Positions 20,603-28,880 of a DNA stretch of 64,000 bases are shown in pieces. The position numbers were made by a program, and so were the translations under genes. The stretch covers positions 2,560,001 through 2,624,000 of the forward strand of contig OZ241875.1 of the NCBI GenBank assembly GCA_965203325.1. The letters run 5' to 3'. The DNA comes from a bacterium (GTDB lineage Bacteria > UBA8248). Positions within the stretch are counted from its first letter, which is position 1, and each line of letters begins with the position of its first letter. Under the pieces are notes generated by a model. The model saw only the letters and a list, made by a program, of their open reading frames with translations. It was not told where the DNA came from and did no database searches.

Positions 20603-22750
20603 CTACTCCTGCCTGTTCGCGGCGAAGCCGCCGACCATCCGGCCCTCGTGGCCGTATTCCGCGGAGAATTGCCCGGTCACGGCCCCCGGAACGCCGCCCT
20701 CGTCGGGATTCCGGAATTTTCCGTTCCACTCCCCGCCGGCCTCGGCCGTATCCCCGCCGATGGTCCACTTCGTCTTGCGGGGCGGCAGGGCATCGAGGAA
20801 GGTTCCTAAACCCGGAACAGTGACCGCCGCGCCGACGCCGTCGCCCAGAATGTCACCATTGTCATAGATGCCCTGTTCCATCAGCTCGACGGACCAGTCC
20901 CGGGCCTCGCCGTCAGCGCCGACCTTGAACTGGTCGAGGGCGCCCGTGACCGTGCTCTCGTGGAAGTCGGCCTCCAGCACCGCCCGCGCGGTGAAGCGGC
21001 CGGACTCGTTGGCGCCGCCGGTGGTGCTGCTCGTAAGGGCGTAGAGGCCGGCCGCGCTGCCGCTGTAGCTCGCGGTCCCGCCCACGGACCTCAAGTCATT
21101 ACGCGTCTCCGCGCCATAATTTCCCCCACCTATTGCGCTTGCAATGTAGTCCCCCTCGGCCGGCTTGTAGAGCCACCAGCCGTAATAGCTGTAATGGGCC
21201 AGCGGCGCCGTCACCCGGGCGCCCGGGTCGTCGGGCTTGAAGGTCCACGCGGCGGCGGTGTGGTTGAACACATTGGCCGCACTCAGAAGGCCAAGCGTGA
21301 ATCCGGCGGTGACATCAGAAGCTCCTAGAGCGTCGGTGGGGTTGGGTTTGACGTCGAGGCGGACGGCGCAGGTGTTGCCGGCGGTGGGCGTGCAGCTGTA
21401 GGTGCCGGGCACCCCGTGGAAGCTGCCGTCGATCTTCACGGCGATGTGGTTCTCCGGCAGTTCGAACTTCTTGAACCCGGCGCGCTGGTCGAAGCTCGGG
21501 CTCTCAATCTTGTCCCGGTTCCGATCGAGTGCCACGATCGTGGAAGGCAGCACCCCGCCGGTCAGGTCATACACCTCATCGAGGGGAAGGCCCTGCTCGC
21601 GCTCTTCTTCGCGCGTGTAGACGTAGGCTTCCGCCGTGCCGCCGTCGGCGAATTCGTGCGTGTACCGCTTGCCCTCCCAGCCGCGGTTGCCGGGAACCAT
21701 GGTCTCCTTGTCTTCCGAAAGGGATTGTGGGGAACCATGGGTGGCGTCCGCCCCGGTGGTGGTTACTCCGGCGATGCGCAACGCGAAAGTGTTCCTGCCT
21801 ATTATTGCGATGCTGACATCTCCGGCCCTTGCCTGGGGCTTCAGGTCGATCCCCGCATACAGCTTCGCAGCCTCTGCCACCATCTCCGCATCCGCGGCCT
21901 TCTGCTCGTCTTCCATGGCCTTATCGAAGGCGGCTTGCGCCGTTTGGATCGGCGCCGCCGCATTGTCCGCCTCTCGCACATACGTAGCCTTTTCCGCGTC
22001 GGTCAGGTCCGCGCCATCCGCAATCGCGTCGTTCAGAGCGGTGAGGGCACTGTCGGCGGCGTCGAGCTGCGCCTGCGTTGGCGTCGAACCGAAAAGCGCC
22101 TCGAGGGCCGCCTGGAGCGCCGTGGAAGCATCCGACAGCGCCGTCCTCTGGTTCATCCGGCGCGTCGCGGTGTCGATACCGCCCTGCGCACCATCTACGG
22201 CAGCCACGGCGTCGTCGAGTTGCGTCATGTACATGGCCTTGTCTTCATCGCTCACGTCGTCCGCATCTTCCAATGCCTGCCTGAGAGCGCGGATGGCTTC
22301 GTTGGCGGCGTCAACCATCTCCTGCGTCGACAGGTCGGACGTGTCGATCATGCCGGCCGCGGCCGCCAGAGCCGTTTTCTGCGCATCGGCCCGAGCCATC
22401 GTCGCGAGCGCCGCCACGCGGGCATCGACCGCCGCCTGAAGCATCTCGCCCGCCGTGGCGGTAACGTCGTCCTTCACCGCATCGTAAGCCGCCTGGGCGG
22501 CTTCCGCCGTGGCGGCCGCCGCGATGTTCGCGAGCGCCGCATTAATCGCGACCTGTGCGGGCGTCAAGCATTCACCACCCACATATTGATTGCCCGCGGC
22601 CGTGCACGTCTCCTCCGGTGTCGGCATCGGGGGCGGTTCCTCAACTGCAGCCGTCCCGCCGCCGCCGCCGCAGCCGGCCAGCGCGATGGCGAACACGGCC
22701 GCCAGCGCGAAGGCGTAGAGCCTGGTTATCGGTTTCTCTTTGAACGTCAT
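20603..22750 (-). CDS. Surface lipoprotein with TbpB/fHbp-like C-terminal beta-barrel, paralog 1
   Basis: Signal peptide with lipobox LAGC then poly-Gly; Ala-rich helical N-half; C-terminal ASYSGSAAG...VTGQF...MVGGFAA. Confidence 0.8.
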   Translation of the reverse strand: MTFKEKPITRLYAFALAAVFAIALAGCGGGGGTAAVEEPPPMPTPEETCTAAGNQYVGGECLTPAQVAINAALANIAAAATAEAAQAAYDAVKDDVTATAGEMLQAAVDARVAALATMARADAQKTALAAAAGMIDTSDLSTQEMVDAANEAIRALRQALEDADDVSDEDKAMYMTQLDDAVAAVDGAQGGIDTATRRMNQRTALSDASTALQAALEALFGSTPTQAQLDAADSALTALNDAIADGADLTDAEKATYVREADNAAAPIQTAQAAFDKAMEDEQKAADAEMVAEAAKLYAGIDLKPQARAGDVSIAIIGRNTFALRIAGVTTTGADATHGSPQSLSEDKETMVPGNRGWEGKRYTHEFADGGTAEAYVYTREEEREQGLPLDEVYDLTGGVLPSTIVALDRNRDKIESPSFDQRAGFKKFELPENHIAVKIDGSFHGVPGTYSCTPTAGNTCAVRLDVKPNPTDALGASDVTAGFTLGLLSAANVFNHTAAAWTFKPDDPGARVTAPLAHYSYYGWWLYKPAEGDYIASAIGGGNYGAETRNDLRSVGGTASYSGSAAGLYALTSSTTGGANESGRFTARAVLEADFHESTVTGALDQFKVGADGEARDWSVELMEQGIYDNGDILGDGVGAAVTVPGLGTFLDALPPRKTKWTIGGDTAEAGGEWNGKFRNPDEGGVPGAVTGQFSAEYGHEGRMVGGFAANRQE

Positions 22751-22920
22751 TTAGCGAGTCCTCCTGAATACATGGAAAAAGGAATTCGGCCTGGCCAGAG
22801 AAAGGGCCGACACCCCTCAAAGGGCTGCTTTGAGGGGTTGAAAGAACCCCTGAAGATGGGAATTGCTGCGACACGATCCCCGAGGTGCAGGCCGAGTCGG
22901 GGTGCCGGCTGCTTTCATGA

Positions 22921-23039
22921 AGCGAAAACAGGGGCTGCCCGTTGTTCCCCCTCCCGGCTCGAGGACTCAAACTCACAACCGGGAGGGGTACAGTTTGCTC
23001 TCACGAGGGAAGCAACCAACGGACAACCCCCTTTTCGCT
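22921..23039 (-). ncRNA. Conserved ~120-nt structured element, copy 2 (3' of lipoprotein 2)
   Basis: Closing stem GGGGCTGCCCGTTG / CAACGGACAACCCC; shares blocks CCCGTTGTTCCCCCTCCCGGC and CTCTCACGAGGGAAGCAACCAACGG with copy 1. Confidence 0.5.
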
Positions 23040-23116
23040 CTGCTTGAGATTTGCTGCCCGCCCAAGGCCCCGGGGCCGTGAAGCCCCGGAAGCCTGAGGC
23101 GTCGTGCGCTTCGCTC

Positions 23117-25291
23117 CTACTGCTGCTTGTTCACGCCGAAGGCGCCGACCATCTTCCCGGACGAGCCGTACTCGGTGTAGAACGTGCCGGTCCCGACCTT
23201 CGGAACCCCGCTGGCGTCCGTTTCGGTGGCAGCGGTGTCGTAGAGCGTTCCCGCCCACCAGCCGGAGGCGGCAGCGGCCGTCCCGCCGATGGTCCAGACC
23301 GTATCGTCGAGCGCAGCGCGGCCAATGACACCCGAGGGGCCAACGTCAGCTTCCTTCAGCTCGACCGACCAATCCCGGTCCATGCCATCGGCGCCCTTGA
23401 ACATGTCGATGGTGCCAGTGATCTTGTTGTCGCTGAAGTCGGCGTTAAGCGTCGCCCGCGCGGTGAAGTGGCCGGCGTCGTTCGTGCCGCCGGTCGAACT
23501 CGAGAGAGCGTACTTGCCGGCCGCGCCGCCCATGTAGGTCGCCGTGCCCTGCAAGTTGTCGAGATCGGCGGCGGCCGGGACGGCGCCCTTGTTGTCCACG
23601 AATGCGCTCGCGGTGAAGGTGTTGCCGTCCTCGGACTTGTGGATCCACCAGCCGTAGGAGGCGTAGATGGCGTCCGGCATGCCCATGACCCTGGCGTTCG
23701 GGTCGGCCGGCTTGAAGGTCCAGGTGCCGCCGGTAGCGCCGGTCCCAGTCTGAGTGAACGCATTGTCGCCATCGGCTGTCTCGCCGAGTCGGAACCCGTT
23801 TGCGGCTAGCCGGACTGCGCAGGTGCTGGCGGTCCCAGCCACGCAGTAGAAGTTGCCGGGCACCCCGTGGTAGCTGCCGGGAATGATCACCCGCTCCCTA
23901 TTCTCCGGCAATGGGTACTCCTTCGTCCCGGCAGTCAGGTCGAAGCCCGGGATGGCGACGTTCGACGTAGGATAACGAGTCGGATTGGTGGTTTGGTCGA
24001 GCGCAAGTTCACCGTCGGCTAACAGGTACTCGAACTCGTCGCTGGTATCGGCCGCGCCGAACTTCTTGCCCTGCGTCGGCTCGCCGACGTTCGAGTAGAC
24101 CATCGCCTCGTAGGTGCCGTCGCCATCGGGCTCGGCCGTGTACCTCTTGCCTGCCCAGCCATGGAGCTTGGCGACCATCGTCTTCTTGTCTTCCGACAGG
24201 GGGACGGCTGCTGTGTGCGCGGTGTCGCTGCCGTCGCCGATGCTCACCATGATGAGCGTGTCGACGAGGGATTGGCCGGGGACGCCGTTGGCGGGGTCGT
24301 CGGCAGTGTTGGCCACGTTGTAAGAGGCGGTCCGGTCATCGACGGCGAAGGTGCTTCCTTCGCGGATGTCACCCTTCGGCTCGCTGATCCCCGCATACAG
24401 CTTCGCGGCCGTGGCGGCCATGGCTGCGGCCTCTTGCATGGCGGCCATATTGTCGGCATCGTCCTTGGCGTCTTTCGCCGTCTGGATCGGCGCCGCCGCG
24501 TTGTTGGCCTCACGCTGATACGGAGCCTTCTCATCGTCGGTCAGGTCCCCGCCGCCCGCAATCGCGTCGTTCAGAGCCATGAGGGCACTGTTGGCGGCGT
24601 CGAGCTGCGCCTGCGTTGGCGTCGAACCGGAAAGCGCCGCGAGGGCCGCCTGCAATCTCATGGAAGCGCCAGACAATGCATCCATCTGGTTCATCCGGCG
24701 CGTCGCGGTGTCGATACCGCCCTGCGCCATGTTCACGGCAGCCACGGCGTCGTCGAGCTGCGACATGTACATGGCCTTGTCGGCATCGCTCACGTCGTCC
24801 GCGTCGGCCAGCGCCCCTCGAAGCCCTTCGATGGCCATGCGTGCGGCGTCAACCGCTGCCTGCGTCGACAGGTCGGACGTGTCGATCATGCCGGCCGCGT
24901 CCGCCAGAGCCATTTTCTGCGCGTCCACGCGGGCCGCCATCTCGATGGCCATGATCCGGGCATTGACCGCCGCCTGAAGCATCTCGCCCGCCGTGGCGGT
25001 AACGTCGTCCTTCACCGCATCGTAAGCCGCCTGGGCGTCTTCCGCCGTGGTGGCCGCCGCGATGTTCGCGAGCGCCGTGTTAATCGTGACCTGTGCGGGC
25101 GTCAAGCATTCACCATTCACATATTGATTGCCCGCGGCCGTGCACATCTCCTCCGGTGTCGGCATCGGGGGCGGTTCCTCTTCAACTGCAGCCGTCCCGC
25201 CGCCGCCGCCGCAACCCGCCAGCGTCAGCGCGAAGACCGCCGCCAGCGCGAAAGCGTAAAACCTGTTAATATACTTGTCTTTGAACATCAT
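23117..25291 (-). CDS. Surface lipoprotein with TbpB/fHbp-like C-terminal beta-barrel, paralog 2
   Basis: Lipobox LAGC; N-half highly similar to 20603-22750; C-terminal ATYMGGAAGKY...MVGAFGV. Confidence 0.8.
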   Translation of the reverse strand: MMFKDKYINRFYAFALAAVFALTLAGCGGGGGTAAVEEEPPPMPTPEEMCTAAGNQYVNGECLTPAQVTINTALANIAAATTAEDAQAAYDAVKDDVTATAGEMLQAAVNARIMAIEMAARVDAQKMALADAAGMIDTSDLSTQAAVDAARMAIEGLRGALADADDVSDADKAMYMSQLDDAVAAVNMAQGGIDTATRRMNQMDALSGASMRLQAALAALSGSTPTQAQLDAANSALMALNDAIAGGGDLTDDEKAPYQREANNAAAPIQTAKDAKDDADNMAAMQEAAAMAATAAKLYAGISEPKGDIREGSTFAVDDRTASYNVANTADDPANGVPGQSLVDTLIMVSIGDGSDTAHTAAVPLSEDKKTMVAKLHGWAGKRYTAEPDGDGTYEAMVYSNVGEPTQGKKFGAADTSDEFEYLLADGELALDQTTNPTRYPTSNVAIPGFDLTAGTKEYPLPENRERVIIPGSYHGVPGNFYCVAGTASTCAVRLAANGFRLGETADGDNAFTQTGTGATGGTWTFKPADPNARVMGMPDAIYASYGWWIHKSEDGNTFTASAFVDNKGAVPAAADLDNLQGTATYMGGAAGKYALSSSTGGTNDAGHFTARATLNADFSDNKITGTIDMFKGADGMDRDWSVELKEADVGPSGVIGRAALDDTVWTIGGTAAAASGWWAGTLYDTAATETDASGVPKVGTGTFYTEYGSSGKMVGAFGVNKQQ

Positions 25292-25526
25292 TTAGTGAGT
25301 CCTCCTGAATACACAGTAGAAAAAGGGATTTTCCGTGAATTTCCGGCTTTCTCCGATTAACCTCCTTTCGTCAGCTTTTTTTTCGGGCCTTCACAAACTG
25401 GTGATTCGCATTTTGGGCCGCCTGAAACGCGGCGGACTTGAACCCTTTCATGCTCCGGGCCGGTAGTGAGTCTTTCCGCGAGAGGCGGATTCCTTCGGTA
25501 TGCGTCCACCTTTCCCGGCCTGGCCG

Positions 25527-25727
25527 CCGTTAATTGATGTTATCGGACTCCAGAAACCCCGTTTTCCGCCGAAAAACCCGTTTCGGGGCGCATTCGGGCC
25601 GCACATGAGCGAAACATGAGCGAAAATAGACGCAAAACGGCGCCCGAAACCCCTCTGGAGACGCCGGAATTGCGCTTGACATGGCCGTGAGAGGTGTTAT
25701 ATTTTCTGATAACATCAATTATCGGAC
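25527..25727. promoter_or_regulatory. Predicted invertible promoter segment bounded by inverted tyrosine-recombinase sites
   Basis: Site A CCGTTAA-TTGATG-TTATCGGAC (25527-25548); site B TCTGATAA-CATCAA-TTATCGGAC (25705-25727); the two 6-bp spacers are reverse complements. Confidence 0.7.
25676..25703 (+). promoter_or_regulatory. Sigma70-type promoter inside the predicted invertible segment
   Basis: TTGACA (25676-25681), 16-bp spacer, TGn-TATATT (-10 hexamer at 25698-25703) in otherwise GC-rich DNA. Confidence 0.7.
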
Positions 25728-25840
25728 TCCAGAAACCCGCCGTTTCGCCGGTATTCCCCTGCGAAACGGCTTTTTTTGTGGAAATTCCCCGCCGTCGTCT
25801 ATACTTGGTAATCGAGGAGGCGCTCGATCGGCCTCAGGGA

Positions 25841-26773
25841 ATGGAAACGGCCGCCGACCCGGAACAGAACATCGCTTTGACGAGGAGGCCGGCCCGACCG
25901 GCCCGTGCGGCCGCCTACCTGGCGAAGGCGTCGATGTCTGAGAACACGCGGCGAGTGTACGAGACGGCGCTCAGGAGGTTCGAGCGCTCGGGAAACCCCG
26001 AGACCGACGCCGGGATAGCGGCGTACCTGGGGGATCTCTACGAGGGGGGGCACTCGGCGGCCGTGGCCGCGATGGCGGTCGCGGCGCTTCGCTTCCGGGC
26101 GAAGCTGAACGACCGGCCCTCCCCGGTGGGGGCGGCCTCGGAGCGGGTGCTGGCCGGCTTCAGGCGCCTGGCCGCAGAGCGCGGCCGCGGCCAGGTGGCG
26201 GGGGTGCGCTGGGAGCAGGCGGACCGCGCGGCGGCGCTGGCCGAGGGGACGGGGACACTGGCCGGTCTGCGAGACGCGGCGATCGTGGCGGTGGCGAGCG
26301 ACGCCCTGCTCCGGGTGTCGGAGGTCGAGGCGCTCGACGTCGAGGACGTGGACCTGGACGAGCAGACGGTGCTGATCCGCCGCTCGAAGACCGACCAGGA
26401 GGCCGAGGGCGTCGTGCAGTTTCTGGGCGAGCCGACGGTGGCGCGCGTCCGGGCCTGGCTGGCGCGCGCGGGTCTCGGGGAGGGAGCGCTCTTCCGGGGC
26501 GTGTACAAGGGGGGACGACTTCGGCCCGGGCGCCTGACGGAGAGGAGCATCCGGAGCATCATCGCGCGGTGGGGGAAGGCCGCGGGCGTGGAGGGGCGCA
26601 TCAGCGGGCACAGCCTGCGCGTGGGGGGCGCGCAGAGCCTGGCCACGGCGGGGGCGTCGCTGGTCGAGATGCAGATTGCCGGGCGCTGGCAGTCGCCGGT
26701 CATGCCGGGGCGCTACGCGCAGGGACAACTCGCGAAACAGGGCGCGATGGCGAGGCTGCGCTACGGGCGGTGA
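25841..26773 (+). CDS. Cre-like tyrosine recombinase
   Basis: Catalytic set LLRVSE (R), RSKTDQ (K), GHSLR (HxxR), GRW (W), RYAQ (Y); start codon uncertain. Confidence 0.9.
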   Translation: METAADPEQNIALTRRPARPARAAAYLAKASMSENTRRVYETALRRFERSGNPETDAGIAAYLGDLYEGGHSAAVAAMAVAALRFRAKLNDRPSPVGAASERVLAGFRRLAAERGRGQVAGVRWEQADRAAALAEGTGTLAGLRDAAIVAVASDALLRVSEVEALDVEDVDLDEQTVLIRRSKTDQEAEGVVQFLGEPTVARVRAWLARAGLGEGALFRGVYKGGRLRPGRLTERSIRSIIARWGKAAGVEGRISGHSLRVGGAQSLATAGASLVEMQIAGRWQSPVMPGRYAQGQLAKQGAMARLRYGR

Positions 26774-26802
26774 AGTCCGTCCGTCTTCTCCCGAATATCT
26801 CC

Positions 26803-27522
26803 CTACCGCCTCTTCTTTCTCCGGGCGGCTCTCTCCTCGGACGTGGAAGTCCACCTCCGGGCGGAGGCCCACTTCTCGAGGTCTTCGAGCAGGTAGCGCA
26901 CCCGGTATCCGATGCGAAGAAAATCCGGCCCCTCGCCGCTCACGCGGTAGCGCTCCAGCGTCTTGGGCGAGAGGCCGAGCCAGGCGGCCGCCTCCCGCGT
27001 GTTCAGGTGGTTCACCTCCGCGAGTTCATCGACGTCTCCCGCGGCCCCGGGTTCCCCGGCGGCGTCCCACGTCCCGTCGAACGGGTCGGGCAAGTCCGCG
27101 AGCCTCTCGCGTATGGCGCGGACCTCCTCTCCCGTCGCGTTGGCCGCCATCCAGGCGCGCACCCGGTCGAAGGTCTTGAGATACGGCGAGGCGCCCCGGC
27201 GCAGCCTCCCCACGAAGGAGGGATTCCCCACGGTCTCCTCGCCCAGGATCGAGACCTTGGTCCCGCTCACCGCGAGAAACGCCTCGACCTCGGCCCGCAG
27301 GAGCGGTCTCAGGGGCGGGTACCCCATGAACGCGAGCACCCGGTCCGCCGTGTCGACCCGAAGGGGCCGCCCCCGGGCGTACAGTCCCACGAAGCCGGGA
27401 ATCCCCAGCGCGCCCACCCCGAAGCGCCTCGCGCTCATCCCTCGGCGCGCGCGCCAGAGCGCAATGCTCCGGCGCAGCCGCTCGTCCAGCGGGGTGCCGG
27501 TATCGTCGTCGAACGCGGTCAT
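26803..27522 (-). CDS. Multi-HTH protein: two Cro-like repeats plus a C-terminal excisionase-like HTH
   Basis: Repeats G.P.FVG...G......T.DRV.A.M; C-terminal LNTREAAAWLGLSPKTLERYR..GEGPDF.RIG.RVRY. Confidence 0.8.
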   Translation of the reverse strand: MTAFDDDTGTPLDERLRRSIALWRARRGMSARRFGVGALGIPGFVGLYARGRPLRVDTADRVLAFMGYPPLRPLLRAEVEAFLAVSGTKVSILGEETVGNPSFVGRLRRGASPYLKTFDRVRAWMAANATGEEVRAIRERLADLPDPFDGTWDAAGEPGAAGDVDELAEVNHLNTREAAAWLGLSPKTLERYRVSGEGPDFLRIGYRVRYLLEDLEKWASARRWTSTSEERAARRKKRR

Positions 27523-27760
27523 GGCGCGCGAACATAAGGAAAGTGCGAGCGCCCGTTCAATCGTTGTTTCTAGCGCGGAAGGTACACCCGGGAAGAGTCC
27601 GCGCCTGCGTCGGTGCGCGGATCGCTCATCGGTTCAGCCTGAAATCAAGGGGGTTTTCCCGAAAACGAGGGTCGCCGGAGAACGTGCAGCGAGACGCTGC
27701 GGAAAAAAAGGAAGGACGCCGCCCCCCGGGCGAGAGCTCGAAAGCCTCTTTCGTTCACGC

Positions 27761-27885
27761 CGCGGCGCTCTGTTTCGCGAGTCGTCCCTGCGCATGACCG
27801 GCGATTGGCGGCGCCCGGCGAGTTGCATCTCGACCGGAGAAGCCCCTGCCATGGCAAGGCGCTGCGCGCTGCCCGTCCGCAGGGC
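27761..27885 (-). pseudogene. Degenerate fragment of the recombinase 3' end in inverted orientation
   Basis: ALRTGSAQRLAMAGASPVEMQLAGRRQSPVM matches SLRVGGAQSLATAGASLVEMQIAGRWQSPVM; a short deletion removes the catalytic Tyr codon. Confidence 0.75.
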
Positions 27886-28098
27886 GAAACGGCGCCGATT
27901 CCCTTGTTTCATTCGTTTTTATCGCATCGTATGCTGATGTTCCGGGTCGTCCGCCAAATACAATACGGCCAAGCCGAAATAGGCGGACATTCCTTCGTGG
28001 ATTGTATGCCAACGGCCCGGATTCTGGAGGAAATAAAAAATATTCGGCCGGGTAGGCGGGGCGCAGCAATGCCTCCGCCTACCCGGCCTGCCACCCCA

Positions 28099-28336
28099 TC
28101 GTAATCGTTCAACCAAGCCGTGACGGATTAGGTCTCAGAGCTAAACAGAGACGAGTTGACGGTAACCTCTACGAGAAGAAAGTCGATGTCGGAATGCTAT
28201 CCATGAACCGAAATTGCCCAAATATTCTGCGGACTTGGGTGGTACCGAAGAATGAGGCCGGACCAGCTACGTTCAGACAGCCACCGAACTACCGCTATTT
28301 GGGTGCTTCCATCACGGCTTGGATGAACACTTACGA
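28099..28336. mobile_element. MITE-like element with ~29-bp imperfect terminal inverted repeats
   Basis: TCGTAATCGTTCAACCAAGCCGTGACGGA ... TCCATCACGGCTTGGATGAACACTTACGA; no transposase inside. Confidence 0.55.
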
Positions 28337-28880
28337 GCGCTCACGGACGCTCGCCCGCCGTGATGCGCTGGAGTTTGAATGAGTCCGCTTTCGGCTTGAT
28401 TACGGGTTGGGGAAGGCGAATTCCGGCAGATATGGACGAGACATATATCCGACATGATATCAATAGGTTATACGGATTCCATCGCCGATGAGAACGGCCC
28501 GGAATATCCGATGAGGCTAATTTATCGAAAAACCCCGTCAATTTATCGATATTTATCGAATTTTTCACATATTATTTTTCACATTTTTCGGGTTCTGCGC
28601 CTCGCCGGAGCGACCACCCGGATCCTTCGATCCGCGCCGCCGCCTGAAAAACCCCAGGGGGCCATCTTGGGAAACTCGATGACGGCCCGTGCGGCCGTCC
28701 GCGCGCGGGCCTTCACGGCGCCCGCATCGAAGGCAAGCGGCATCCCGCCGCCATCATGGGACGGGATGCCCGAAAAGTCGAATTTCGAGTGAAGCCGCCC
28801 CGGCCCGCAGATTTCTCCGGGGGCGCCCGGCTTGTTCCGCTCCCCGGCGGAGGGGCGGTTCCCGCTTCCTGCGGGGAGCG

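Noticed and set aside
20603..25291. Diversity-generating retroelement acting on the lipoproteins
   Set aside because: No RT gene, and paralog differences are not adenine-specific or confined to a short C-terminal repeat.
20480..26773. Integron (recombinase divergent from genes that each end in a hairpin)
   Set aside because: The recombinase is Cre-like with no evident IntI insertion, and the hairpins lack RYYYAAC/GTTRRRY attC ends.
28518..28562. Three ATTTATCGA direct repeats
   Set aside because: Short, in an AT-rich patch, irregularly spaced and with no assignable regulator.
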